From the NCBI GenBank assembly GCA_030141605.1, contig JAQGDQ010000616.1:63411-127410 (forward strand): a stretch of 64,000 nt of DNA, given 5' to 3'. This DNA is from Tubiluchus corallicola (taxonomy: Eukaryota; Animalia; Priapulida). Below, piece by piece: positions 12,801-24,940 of this stretch (positions within the stretch are counted from its first letter, which is position 1; each line of letters starts with the position of its first letter). A model generated the notes under the pieces. The model searched no databases and was not told where the DNA came from. It worked only from the letters and a program-made list of their open reading frames with translations. A program made the position numbers and the translations under genes.

Positions 12801-15800
12801 GTACAATAGACCCTTTCGAATACGTTCAACACATCCAGGAAAAGGTTAAAAGGGCACAGTTAGCAGCAGCTGAACGAGAAATAGAAAAAACAATGGACGA
12901 AGAGCAGAAAAGAAAAGAAAGAGAGATTCAGCGGTTGCAGTTGGAGAAGATTTTTCAGTTGATGTCTGAACAAGAAGAGAAGTTTGGTCCAGCAAATTTT
13001 GATGAGCTTAAAGATCAAATGAAACTGTACAAAGTATGAAATTGTCAAGCGTACGAAGCATAGATTATAAAAAAATATGGAAGTTGTGCAATAAATTATT
13101 AATAACTTCCTAAAATTTTCAGTCAACTTTTTTTTGGATTTCTTGGTAATATATTTAAACGTTGCCAAACACCATTATGTGCACCATAAGCAGACAGATC
13201 GATACAGTGCTTCAGTGACCATAATTTTTTTCATCTTAGAAGCTATTTTTCAATACTGTGATTATCAAAAGGGAGTAAGCATAGTAAAATTTTGCCACAA
13301 CTTTATCCTGAGCTGGATTACTTAATTAAAACTTTTCGGGTTTGTAATCTCAACATCCTACTTAAAGGGAACGTCATTATGTTATCAAGCAATCGACAAT
13401 ACTTGTGTTGGGAAAAAAATCTGAAAAATCCACGTCCATGAAAAACGTAAAAAATTATGTAATGTTGGTTTTGTGTATGCTTGTTATACTATGTCAGCAC
13501 ATTCAAAAAGCTACTCGGGCAATGTGTTCCTTAAATTGCATAGCATTTGCACGAAAAAATATATATTATACGTTGTTTCATGTATAAGCACTGTGACAGA
13601 AAACCTCACATTTCATGTGTGTTTAATTTTGATGTTTGTTATATAACTACTTTGACAAACTTTTTATAATCTACAGGAATCCAGAACTGGCATGCTGTTT
13701 GATGAGTTTGATTTTTTTATACAGTTTCGATTACCAGTGCTTTTCATGTTGAGTGGTTGTAGTTGGGCTAGAAGTTAGCTTATTATTAAAGGTAGGTCTC
13801 TAAGAGGAGACATTAACCTGGCAGAGGTTCTACAACCTTGTTTGGTTGAATATACATTTTTCCCTATGAAAGAAGTTTCCAGAGGCAGTATGCAGCCAGA
13901 GTTTAGCTGTAATTGAGCACAACCACTTTGCTCTTTCTCTTACGTATTTTAATTTCTCACTTTAGAGGTTGGTTTACAAATGCTCGAGTTATTCTAAATT
14001 CTAAAAGAAAATATTTGCTATATTATTGTATCGTATTGTTTTGAAGACACTCAAAAATCTACGTTGTGCGATTGTGAAAACTTAATTTATGATATGTGCA
14101 CATGTATGCAGTGCCTGTGAAAACAGACTGTTATTATATGAAAGCAATGGCGGGAGTATTTTGTCCTGGTTCACATTTCTATTTCTCCAAACAGTTTTTG
14201 TTCTTTTCACACTGAAGTTATTAAAATTATATTTAAAGATATTTATTAAACGAAAAATTATTGTGAGTAAATGTGTTTTGCATATCTTGCTCAAATAATG
14301 TGTAATGTATTTTTATTGTATATGCACTGCTGTATGCACTTGTTAAAATGTCCTATAGTATTATTTATTTAGTCTAGCGTTATTTACATATTTGTAAAAT
14401 ATTGTTGTGTTATGAAACCTAACCTGTATATGATGGTCACACTTCATGATTGGAAGGTATGTATAGTTCAGTGGTAGGGAGAGTACTTTCTTCCCGCTTG
14501 GGAGATCGTCTGTTGAATTTCCGGAAAAATCGCATTTAGAAATGGTACCATTGGTTCTTTGACCTAATAATCTTGTTTATCGAGGTAATATGCTAGTAAT
14601 AACATTCAGGACTTTTTAGGAAATAAGTATTCCTAGAGTAAGTCTTAAACAAATTATTTTTATTATTAAATAACAAAATTACAATTCTCCTTACAGTGGT
14701 ACTGTTATTTTTATGCACTGAGCCGACTGTTAATATTAGTTGTAAATGATAAGATGTGTTTTTATTTACTGTTGTCTACAGTATGTCAGTATAAATCTAT
14801 TTTAAACATAGTTTTTGCAATTTGTATAAATTACTTCATTGTTGATGATGTTGTGTTTGAGTCAAATAAAACATTGTTTTATTAAAAATTAATGTTGTTC
14901 ATGGCTGTGACATTTTGTTTGAACCTTCACATTTATCACTGATGCCTATTTTGCACTCTTTAATTCCTGGAAGCCTTTTATGCAAAATTCACTTAAGTTT
15001 ATAACTGTGGAAAATGACCCTGTACCCCAGCAAACAAAACTGCCCTTAAGACACACTGCACCAAATGCGCTTGTAAAATGTACCTAGCACCCCCCCCCCA
15101 CCCTCCTAGTTTATCTCCTTTCTCTACTTTGTGGAGTTGTAACATTTGCAAAATGGTTAACGATTACGATTACACTTTTTTACTTCCTGTTTTTTCTGGA
15201 CACCCTTATTCAAAAAATAAATCTTTAACAAAATGAGATGAGTTGTTTAATACCTCAAATGGCAAATAATAAAAAATAACAAACAGCCACTTAAATAAAT
15301 TTATGTATAAAATGACAAACCTGGTATATTAATATATAATTAGACACTGGTATACTATTGTAAAATCATTTCATTCAATTGCAGCATACATTTGAAGCAT
15401 TACTTTGAGATGGTACAGAATTATAATTTTAAGGCAGTGCTTAAGAAGATGAATAACGTTTTGACTGGGGCTTTGAAAGTTACATTGAAAAACTATAAGT
15501 TATAGGGTTTCAGCTTATGTTTATTTACTGTTTTAAACTCTGTGCCTCTCTATCTATCTTTACCTATCTCCTTGTCTATACTTTCAATGTTTTTCATATT
15601 CTTTCTTTTACCTGCATACCCTGCGTGTTTTACAACCGTACTCTCATGCTTCTTAGGCACACCACAGACATTTTATAAACTGTTAATTAGCATGTGTGTA
15701 ACATGTGAATCTAGTAAACTATGAACTATTAATGCCAGGTAGTCAGAGTGTCTATCGGAATGTCTTTTTTTTAGCTTGGCAGTTGAAATGTGCAAAATGT

Positions 15801-18800
15801 TGAAATCATTTCTCCAGCAAGCGAAACAACATCTTAAATGTGGCTTTCGAGACTGCAGAAGAGTGAAGGTTGTTTGCGGTAATGAAGCGTGTGACTTAGA
15901 CTCCACAGTGTCGGCAATTTGCTATGCATATCTTTTGCGACGCCTGAATCCAGACGAAGATACTGCCATTGTACCATTGCTGAACATTCATCAGAACGAC
16001 TTGTGTCTTCGAACGGAAGTCACACATTTCCTAAGGAATAATCGCCTTTCAGAAGATGTGTTGATGTTTCGGAATAATGTCAACCTTGTTCAGCTACAAA
16101 AGGAGAGAAAATTGGAACTGGTTTTGGTGGATCATAACATGTTACCAGCGGGCGATAAATGTCTGAATGAATCAGTCTTAGAAATTATTGATCATCATAA
16201 AAACGAGCGCTTTAATGACAAAGATTGTACAAGCGATTGCATTATAGAACCAGTAGGTTCGTGCTGCACTCTTGTTGCAGAGAAGTTTCTTGAGAAGGAC
16301 CCAAATGGTCTTGATGCCCAAGTGTGTAACCTTCTGTTTGGTACGATAGTTTTTGACACCGTGAATTTTTCTAAAGCTGCATCAAGGGCGACGGAGAAAG
16401 ACCATCGTGTTGTGGCTTTCCTTGAGGAGCGGCTTCCTGAATTGTCTAAAGATGCTGTCTTTACGGAACTACTTTCAGCCAGAGAGGACGTATCGCATCT
16501 CACGCTCAGTCAGCTTCTGCGAAAAGATCAGAAGGTCGTTTCAAGTGATTCGTTGATATTAGCAATAAGTTCTGTTCCTTTACTGGTGCAAAACTTGATA
16601 AAAGAAAAAGATGGCAACGAGCTCGATTCATTTTGTCTCAAGTACAACTACAGCGTGTTGGTTCTGATGGGACTTTCAGTGCAAGAAGATGGTAAAGATG
16701 TGCGCAGGGATATCGGCATTTATAGCAAGAATGCTGATCTTAGCAAAGCAATATGTGATGCACTAAAAACAGCACAGCGTCCAAGCTTAGAGCTGCATGT
16801 ACTTCTTGCGCAGTTACCATGCCTGTCACTGTTTGAACAGTGCAATGTGACAGCTTCCCGTAAAGTTGTCTTACCCTTGCTGAAAGCATTCCTTCATTCA
16901 AATACAATTACCTCAGTCAAATAGTTCAATTAGCCTACGGCTTGTACACTGTAATTAGCTGTGAGTTTGCAGGTAATACAGAGCACAATCTTCTAATTAA
17001 GTATTGATTCACTGCATTGTCAGTGAGAACTGCAGAAAACATCATTACAGACTAGAAGGCAATACGTTTTGCACATTATTTTAGTTGCGTAGGCTACCTT
17101 GTAGCAAAATATAATACGGTTAAACAATATGCACATTTTATTTAACTAACTTTCTACTAATTAATTTTGCAAATAGTTGATAAATTTTTTTTAGGATTTT
17201 GTGCTGCTTTTGCGTAGGTTAAATGTTTCACCAATTTCCAGTATTGTTATTATAACACTGGACTCAATATTTACGATATGACAGAATCAATGTAATTTTA
17301 AAAATCTAAAACTATAGAAAGAAAGTTTTGTGGTTTTGAAGCTTGTTGGTTTACTGCCACTTGTTTGCTATTTGGCACTAAGAATAAAGGAATTTCGTAT
17401 AATTAATGTACTAGAATGTAGACTGTGATTTCCCATTTATTAAACCTCTGATGGTTTGTAATGTAGATTTCTGAGTTTGAGGAGTTAGAGCATCTCTGTG
17501 GTATAATGGTGAGTTGCCCGGAAGCTGCACTGATTTTCTGATTTAGTATTGCTTCATGCGTTGTATAATGTACCGCTGTCACGACAGGTGATGAAATGTT
17601 TTTGCGTTTAAACACAAGCCAGATATAATCTGCTCTGGTCTGTTGCCTTCAGCATGATTAATTATAAGTTGTAATTAAGCATCATTCTTTGTGTAAGCCT
17701 TTATTGATTGTGATATTATGCTGCATGTAAAGCTACATCTCGGGGGTTAATCATGTTCTAATTCCATGAAGTAAGAATTTTGTCAATAAGGCTACCTGAG
17801 GTAGTCTTACTCGCGACCCAAGGTAATGAAAATCTTTATATAATAATAATGTTCATCTGTTGTAATGAAAGTTTGAGATTACTGTATTCATGTCTGTGCC
17901 TGCTGCTTTGCTGAAGATGTATAAGAAATTTGTTATAACTTTTAACACAGTTAAGACTTTTATTATAATTTCTATTAACATATTGTGTTTATTTATTTGT
18001 ATTGATTACATATAAACAGAGTCGGATTATTCTATAGGCTAGTATAGGCTGCAGTCTAGGGCACTTCCCCTTAATCTTGGGGACCCTCAAGCTCCGGTAA
18101 CATTTTGTAAAAAATCTATTTTTGACTACGGTTGTGTTAAAGTGTGTGTTAATTTGGTTTGCAAGGAATAATTAATTATTTCTTAAAGATTAACTATTCT
18201 AGTTTATTTAAAGAAGTTTACTTCAAAGCTATGTAACATACGTTACGAGTAAAAAATACGAGGCAAGACGGATGTGAGTGAGTTATAAGGTGGCTCCATC
18301 GGAAAGTGTCTCATAATTTCATTTTCCTAGGCGCTCCTGAAATTTCATAATCCTGCCCTGTATATAACCAGTTTATTTCTTTTCTATGTCTGGCCAAGCA
18401 ACTGAACTGCCTGTGTCGAAACTTGACTCATTTGCAGATTTTATTATAGTGAAGGAGTGTAATGTTTTGTTTCTCAAAACATTCTTTATCAAAATTCAGA
18501 CCCATTTCTTATTTATTCGTGCACAAATTTACATTACATAGTTTTAAACAAGCTCTCTGTTCATACAAACAATTGCAAAATGCAAAAACATTTTTAAATG
18601 GCAGACCAGATAACGTCCCCGGTCTGTATATTCTTTATATTTACATCAGAAAAGCGATGCATATAAACTGCTCTTAGTTTATTTTTTACATTTGTTAATA
18701 TGGTGTAAATTAACATCTAAGAAAATCTTTTTGTAAACTTTGAAACATTTTATTCGATGCACATACATTGATATACACGTACAAAGCACATAGCAAAATC

Positions 18801-21800
18801 CAGTACGAGAATATAATTAACTCACATAAGTAATATAATTACTTTTTATATAGTTAACTAATATAATAAACTTGGGTACATAGCAAATGTTTAGGAACTA
18901 ATATGTGCTTGTATAAACAACTCCTAATATGAAAATTCGCTATTAAAACCAATTAACTTCATATTTCACATTTCGGATTCTGTAAACGTACCAATTGTAC
19001 TAATTATGAATAAAAAACAAACTTGTATTGACAAAACTACGTTAATATATACGTGGTAATAAACAAAACGTTTTCTTTTCTCAATTTCACAAAAAAGAAA
19101 TAAACAAAATGAAGCTAAGGCAGTTTCCCTTTATTTTCAGATGATCCAAAAGATTACATGATTAAGCACCTGGAGAAGCTAATTGAAATTAGAGATAATG
19201 CCAAAGAGCCTGAAGATTATCCATCTATGTTTGATGAGAAAAACCTGAAGTCTATGTTTCGAATGCTGGATCCGTGCGACATTGGATTCATCTCTCATGA
19301 GCAATACGTGGAAGGTACATGATTTCTCTTTGCCTCAAGGTTTTAAAGTAACACTAGTATTTGTTTGCTTTATACTAATCATAATAGACTGTTGCACTGG
19401 TGCTGTACAACTTTGTAGTATTGGGAATTAATCTTTGGAATCTGAATGAATGTTCAACATAATCTGTTAGTGTGATTAAATACATCTGTGAAAAACTCAA
19501 GTTTATAACATATATTTAACTACCACTAAATACTTGAATTCTTGCATTGTTTTTGTTTTTCTTTTCTGTTCATTCGTGTAATTCTGTTCCTTATTTTTGT
19601 AGATGGTAGAGTGTTTGCAATGTTCTTTTCCTCATTTTTTCTAGATAATTATAAGTTTGATTGCTCTGTTCCTCATTTTACAAGTTTGATTGCTCTGTTC
19701 CTCATTTTATAAGATTGGATTGCTCGGTTCCTCATTTTATAGGATTGGATTGCTCTGTTCCTCATTTTATAAGATTTAATTGCTCTGTTCCTCATTTTAT
19801 AAGTTTAGATTGCTCTGTTCCTCATTTTATAAGATTAGATTGCTCTGTTCCTCATTTTATAAGATTTGATTGCTCTGTTCCTCATTTTATAAGATTAGAT
19901 TGCTTTGTTCCTCATTTTATAAGATTGGATTGCTCTGTTCCTCATTTTATAAGATTAGATTGCTCTGTTCCTCATTTTATAAGATTAGATTGCTCGGTTG
20001 CTCATTTTATAAGATTGGATTGCTTTGTTCCTCATTTTATAAGATTGGATTGCTCTGTTCCTCATTTTATAAGTTTAGATTGCTCTGTTCCTCATTTTAT
20101 AAGATTAGATTGCTCTGTTCCTCATTTTATAAGATTAGATTGCTCTGTTCCTCATTTTATAAGTTTGTTTGCTCTGTTCCTCATTTTATAAGATTTGATT
20201 GCTCTGTTCCTCATTTTATAAGTTTAGATTGCTCTGTTCCTCATTTTATAAGTTTAGATTGCTCTGTTCCTCATTTTATAAGATTGGATTGCTCGGTTCC
20301 TCATTTTATAGGATTGGATTGCTCTGTTCCTCATTTTATAAGTTTGATTGCTCTGTTCCTCATTTTATAAGATTGGATTGCTCTGTTCCTCATTTTATAA
20401 GATTGGATTGCTCTGTTCCTCATTTTATAAGTTTGATTGCTCTGTTCCTCATTTTGTAAGATTTAATTGCTCTGTTCCTCATTTTATAAGTTTAGATTGC
20501 TCTGTTCCTCATTTTATAAGATTAGATTGCTCTGTTCCTCATTTTATAAGATTTAATTGCTCTGTTCCTCATTTTATAAGTTTAGATTGCTCTGTTCCTC
20601 ATTTTATAAGATTGGATTGCTCGGTTCCTCATTTTATGAGATTAGATTGCTCTGTTCCTCATTTTATAAGATTGGATTGCTCTGTTCCTCATTTTTTGAA
20701 GATTAGATTGCTCTGTTCCTCATTTTATAGGATTGGATTGCTCTGTTCCTCATTTTATAAGATTGAATTGCTCTGTTCCTCATTTTATAAGATTGGATTG
20801 CTCTGTTCCTCATTTTATAGGATTGGATTGCTCTGTTCCTCATTTTATAGGATTGGATTGCTCTGTTCCTCATTTTATAAGATTGGATTGCTCTGTTCCT
20901 TATTTTATAAGATTGGATTGCTCTGTTCCTCATTTTATAAGATTGGATTGCTCTGTTCCTCATTTTATAGGATTGGATTGCTCTGTTCCTTATTTTATAA
21001 GATTCGATTGCTCTGTTCCTCATTTTATAAGATTGGTTTACTCTGTTCCTCACTTTATAAGTTTGATTGCTCTGTCCCTCATTTTATAAGTTTGACTGCT
21101 CTGTTTCAATGCTTGCTTTGTTCTATTCCTTAGCTTTGTGTGAAGTTGAGAGTTTGCATTGTTCTATTTGTTTTAGAACTCGAGGTTCTTTCCATTTTTG
21201 AACTTTGTACCTAATGTTCGAATTTTTACCTAATGGTAACTGATGCAGCATTTTTCTTATTTTCAGCAATGAAAACTCTTGGAGCTGTAAAGTTTACTGA
21301 AAATCCAATCGGTGCAGAAACCAATGAGATCAGCCTACAGACATTTCTAGATGAGGCGTAAGTGCAACCGGCTTAACTGAACTAGTTGCAGTTAAAATCT
21401 AATGAGTTGTAGTAATTTAAAATTATGAGGGCAAAACACGAACCTGGTCAGGGTTCCTCACGTGTGTAGTGTGGTTGTGTGTGGTGTGGATTTGGTGTAG
21501 TGTGGTTGTGTGTAGTGTGGTTGTGTGTGGTGTGGATTTGGTGTGGTGTGGATTTGGTGTAGTGTGGCTGTGTGTAGTGTGGTTGTGTGTGGTGTAGATT
21601 TGGTGTATGCCTGCAATGAATCCATGGTTATTTTGATTAAAATCTGATTAAAAGTAAGTAGTAGTTATTAAACGTCTCATTTTAGGTTCATTCAATTAAA
21701 CTTTAATGCTTTGTTTTCACTTTTCTGATTGAAATATCATGATTGAATTTTTAGCTAAAAACAGATAAGTGTGTAACAGTCTCTTATTACATGCTGTGAT

Positions 21801-23157
21801 ATTTTTAGATCTCCAGGCTTTCCAAGTCTGGGGTACCTTGTGCTGTCACGCAATGTCCATTGCTCACAATTTGGAGTTAAGACTGTTATGTCTAAACCGT
21901 ATTTGTTCTAGCTTTGATTTTCTCCGTTCCCCCTGGGATGTAAGATAGTGGATGCAATGGGGGAATCCGTCAGTTGAAGGCAAGGAATCACAGTAAACTG
22001 TTATCTTTTGACAATCCAGTGTTGACAGAAACATTTTAATCCCATCCACTGCAGCAGGGCTCTTCCAGGATTCAAACAATCGTAACCACACTGTTCTAAA
22101 AGCAAGTCTTGTTCCTCAAAATTATGTCAAGTGTAAATATTAGGTGATGAGCGGTAAGAAGGTATTTGGTCGATGGTCTGCAATAACACTGCATGAAGGA
22201 GGAAAGGAGGATCCAGGGTGGATGGCATAGTAGGAGAATTTCAGTCAATTGAATGCGAAGAATTAAAGTAACGTGTCATCTATTGAATAATCTGACATTG
22301 TCAAAAATATTTTACCCCTCCCCCAGGGCAGAGAGGGAGAGCAATCTGAACAATTGCACGCACGTAAAGGTACATTTTGTCCCTCAAAGTATGAAGTGTA
22401 GATGTTACGTGACGAATGACAACATTTGGCTAATGGTTTGCAATGACACTCGTTGCCAGAAATGCAAGGGAAGGATGATCCAGGATGGTGTGTATGGTGG
22501 GGCAATTTGATTGAATCTGCGAACAAATAGTGACCTGTCACCACCTATTGATAACCTAGCTATGTCAGAAATATATTATCTCTTCCCTGACCTCCGGGAC
22601 AGGAAGACACAGGACTCGAACAGTTACAACTATATACAGGTTTTGTTCCCCAAAATGTCAAGGGTAGGACCTAGATCATAGGTGAGAGTTTTTGGGTGAT
22701 GGCATTCAGTGACCCTGGGACAAAGGTAAACGTTGTCAAAAATACCAGCAGTACGAAACTTGCTGTACAAAATTTGGATATGAGAATCTTTTGGCCTTGT
22801 TTGACTTGTTTTCGAAACCCCAAAGTCCTCATTGTCGTACATGTTTTGTTGTACATTGTTGTATAAATTCTCTTCTATACAGATCTGAATACTTAAAAAC
22901 AGTGTACTTTGTTGATGATCACTAATTTTATTTCTTTTATTTTTCATTTTCAGTGGCAGCCATAGGCACTGCTGTCATTATTGTGAGATTCACTTGGTTT
23001 TTAACTAGATATTTTCAATTGTGACAAGTAGATAAGATATGTTATATACTTTTCTAAAAAAACTTACACATATAGCAATTTTGTTTTTGTTTACAGAAAA
23101 ACTGGTTTAGAAAATGCTTTGGAAACTTTTGATACTCCCGCAGACGTGCAGGAATAA
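3817..23157 (+). CDS. EFCAB10: EF-hand calcium-binding domain protein 10-like (RIIa/DD-like N-terminus plus EF-hand), 4 exons, 142 aa
   Basis: Exons 3817-3919, 19141-19314, 21267-21357, 23097-23157; all GT-AG, phases 1/1/2 join without stops. Protein: [48 protein letters not shown]...[35 protein letters not shown]...[29 protein letters not shown]. Collinear with EFCAB10 as recalled. Absent from the ORF track. Confidence 0.85.
4836..5354. mobile_element. Non-autonomous hAT-like DNA transposon (MITE)
   Basis: Imperfect TIRs cagtggcggctc...gagccgtaactg; flanking 8-mers atatgtag/atacttag (6/8) fit a decayed 8-bp TSD. Confidence 0.5.
5655..6197 (-). CDS. NIP7: 60S ribosome subunit biogenesis protein NIP7 (PUA domain), uninterrupted CDS, nested in EFCAB10 intron 1
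   Basis: Full-length 180 aa [23 protein letters not shown]...GTCFGKFTK...[16 protein letters not shown]...[16 protein letters not shown]. Likely 5'UTR acceptor tttttgcag at ~6495. Confidence 0.97.
   Translation of the reverse strand: MRPLTEDETRTFFEKLSKYIGENIKLLIDRSDGTYCFRLHADRIYYVSEALMLRAGNISHDNLMSFGTCFGKFTKTKRFRLHITALDYLAPYAKYKIWLKPSAEQQFLYGNHVMKSGLGRITENTPQYQGVVVYSMSDLPLGFGVLAKSTADCRRANPMAIVAFHQADIGEYIRSEETLI
6725..7708. repeat. 26-bp minisatellite inside a ~480-bp tandem duplication
   Basis: Unit cagcactgtaagctcagggtatgggc. The block (array plus ~220 bp unique tail ending taacttcgtgca) occurs twice, ~6730-7231 and ~7260-7708. Confidence 0.9.
12422..13039 (+). CDS. MXRA7: MXRA7-like single-pass membrane protein, uninterrupted CDS, nested on the same strand in EFCAB10 intron 1
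   Basis: Hydrophobic segment [24 protein letters not shown], an acidic linker, and a C-terminus [46 protein letters not shown] matching the MXRA7 helical domain as recalled. The true start may be the ATG at 12515 or 12521. Confidence 0.75.
   Translation: MTSKYVSMRITCSSEITASVVRYCSFDFAKVMKMDRFSDVKEKIFAILNEHQFIVYSVSVFTTVISIAAACLYTIARQKTARALATVNSRMHCENKDDAAVTKSTTPTEAEISQEEIENCKNVSEDSTIDPFEYVQHIQEKVKRAQLAAAEREIEKTMDEEQKRKEREIQRLQLEKIFQLMSEQEEKFGPANFDELKDQMKLYKV
14457..14535 (+). pseudogene. Degenerate tRNA-like sequence (tRNA pseudogene or SINE head)
   Basis: A-box-like tagttcagtggtag and degenerate B-box gttgaatttccgg; no clean cloverleaf. Confidence 0.4.
15788..16924 (+). CDS. PRUNE1: Exopolyphosphatase PRUNE (DHH/DHHA2 family), uninterrupted CDS, nested on the same strand in EFCAB10 intron 1
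   Basis: Motifs [47 protein letters not shown]. The first ATG is at 15788 (the ORF track starts at a TTG). Acceptor ttttttttag ends at 15774. 378 aa. Confidence 0.93.
   Translation: MCKMLKSFLQQAKQHLKCGFRDCRRVKVVCGNEACDLDSTVSAICYAYLLRRLNPDEDTAIVPLLNIHQNDLCLRTEVTHFLRNNRLSEDVLMFRNNVNLVQLQKERKLELVLVDHNMLPAGDKCLNESVLEIIDHHKNERFNDKDCTSDCIIEPVGSCCTLVAEKFLEKDPNGLDAQVCNLLFGTIVFDTVNFSKAASRATEKDHRVVAFLEERLPELSKDAVFTELLSAREDVSHLTLSQLLRKDQKVVSSDSLILAISSVPLLVQNLIKEKDGNELDSFCLKYNYSVLVLMGLSVQEDGKDVRRDIGIYSKNADLSKAICDALKTAQRPSLELHVLLAQLPCLSLFEQCNVTASRKVVLPLLKAFLHSNTITSVK
18017..18360. mobile_element. Non-autonomous hAT-like MITE
   Basis: TIRs cagagtcggattat...ataatcctgccctg; flanks catataaa/tatataac. Confidence 0.5.
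19651..21105. repeat. 30-bp minisatellite (~48 copies, some 29-bp variants) in EFCAB10 intron 2
   Basis: Unit gattgctctgttcctcattttataagattR; it produces the spurious [10 protein letters not shown] ORFs. Confidence 0.97.
21463..21607. repeat. GT-rich low-complexity repeat
   Basis: gtgtagtgtggttgtgtgtggtgtggatttg iterations. Confidence 0.85.
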
Positions 23158-23425
23158 TTCTCTGTAGAGAAATTTTATGCCTGTGTTTTTCTTGTGAAGT
23201 CTTTTGCTTATAAATTGATACTTAAGTGACATAAGCTCCATCTGAAGAATAAAATGTTTTGTAATTTGGTATAAGCATCATAACGTTCTGCTACGCTAAA
23301 GCATTGCTCACTGCCTGCATACCTCAAACGCAGTAGTGTATTCTTGCTATATAAGTATTAGATACAACAGTATGTAAAACAAAGAAGTGCATTTGTTGTT
23401 GTCGTGTTAGGAAACATTTGAAAAA

Positions 23426-24226
23426 ATGCTGAAAGAAGCTGTGATGCACACCACGGTCGTCGTGGCAATAATGCTGTTCATCACCCATAGCGGTCTCCTC
23501 GATGGCATCCACGCAGCTGTCGGATTTGAAGAGTACGCCGAGCGACGCCACCCCCACCTGTATCATCTTCCTGATTGGCTGCAAATGCCCGCCAACGCTT
23601 TAGTGAATATTGGCTATTTTGTTGTCGGGTTAATCTGGCTGGTGAACAGTTATCAAGCAGAACACACATCCAAAAAGCTACGTTCAACGGACGCCTACAT
23701 GTTCTACGTCTTTTCTCTTATGTCAATGGTCTATGCATTTATCCAGTTCTCGCGAATTGTCATGCAAACCCACCGCAGCGCCATTCTCGACCAGTGGGTG
23801 ACATTGCCGATATTCTGCTGGGTGGTGTGCTGGTGCGAACACGTCGAACGTGGCTTGAACGTAAAAAGAAATATTTACTTTATTCTCGTGTCTTGCTCAA
23901 GTTACAGTCTGGCGTTATTTACACCTGCAGGATTTGAAGTAGCCCTTGTCGGCCACATAGTAACGTGTATAGTGGTAGGCTGGCACACATACCAGAAGTA
24001 CAAGACGGGAGCAGCACTCAGGGCCTTGTGCTGTGCCGTGATTACCTGTGCCGGTTTTGTTGTCTTGAAAGTGTTGGACCATAAACTGGCTTCGATTAAT
24101 GTTTTGTTCCGTCACCTGACCGGTCACTTCTGGTCAAAAGTTTGTGATTTCTTGCAAATTCATTTTGTCTTTGAATTCTTCTCAGAAATAGTTAAACAAA
24201 AGTATAAGCGGTCAACTAGGAGGTAA
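23426..24226 (+). CDS. TMEM187: Transmembrane protein 187, single-exon CDS
   Basis: 266 aa multi-pass protein with VGFEEYAE, MPANALVNIGY, ILDQWVTLPIF, GFEVAL, GFVVLKVLDH, TGHFWSKVCDFLQIHF, all TMEM187 motifs as recalled. Confidence 0.93.
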   Translation: MLKEAVMHTTVVVAIMLFITHSGLLDGIHAAVGFEEYAERRHPHLYHLPDWLQMPANALVNIGYFVVGLIWLVNSYQAEHTSKKLRSTDAYMFYVFSLMSMVYAFIQFSRIVMQTHRSAILDQWVTLPIFCWVVCWCEHVERGLNVKRNIYFILVSCSSYSLALFTPAGFEVALVGHIVTCIVVGWHTYQKYKTGAALRALCCAVITCAGFVVLKVLDHKLASINVLFRHLTGHFWSKVCDFLQIHFVFEFFSEIVKQKYKRSTRR

Positions 24227-24675
24227 TGTACTGTGTAATACTTTATTATTATTTTAGCATTTTTCATATAAAACCTTTAATATACAAGTCTAGTATCCAG
24301 TATATATATGATTGTTTATTTAATAAATTTTAGTTATTTTGAAATGATTGTCATATTGTCAAAGCAGTTTGCACTTTTTTGTAATGGTGCAAGTTACTGT
24401 GACAGATTTCTGAACTGTAATTATAGACTGAAACCCTTTTTGCATCAAAGTTATACTCTTTTAACGCTGTACGAGATCTGAATAAAAATGCATAATTTCC
24501 AGTCTTCAATGCTAGAGACCAAAAGAAACATCTGTTCTGTAACATATACATTAAAATAGTACGATCACATTATATTTTATATTTCATTCAATAAACACAT
24601 GCATCATTATGCTTTTCATAATACTTTATGGTTCAGGAAAGTATGACACACGGTAAGCTAAAAGCTATAAAATCA

Positions 24676-24940
24676 AATCACATGTATGTAGTATATAAAT
24701 GGTGATATAACATGATGACACAAATATCAACTTTGCAAACGTTAGACAATACATGTCAACCATAATCCACATGTATTATATAAATGGTGATATAACATGA
24801 TGACACGAATATCAACTTTGCAAACGTTAGACAATACATGTCAACCATAATCCACATGTATTATATAAATGGTGATGTAACTTGAAGACACAAATATCAG
24901 CTTTGCAGGTATTAGAGGATACATGTCAACACTAATCCAT
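24676..24940. repeat. 85-bp tandem repeat, ~3 copies
   Basis: aatccacatgtattatataaatggtgat... recurs at 24764 and 24849, with a diverged first copy from ~24676. Confidence 0.85.

Noticed and set aside
3919-15775. EFCAB10 exon 1 spliced to the PRUNE acceptor as a fusion
   Set aside because: The phase-1 donor is out of frame with PRUNE and stops within ten codons.
19661-21133. Long repetitive ORFs ([10 protein letters not shown] / LLCSSFYKI)
   Set aside because: Products of a 30-bp intronic minisatellite with frameshifting 29-bp units.
21810-22960. Short ORFs and a diverged ~270-bp duplication in EFCAB10 intron 3
   Set aside because: No recognisable protein; probably decayed transposon sequence that I cannot classify.
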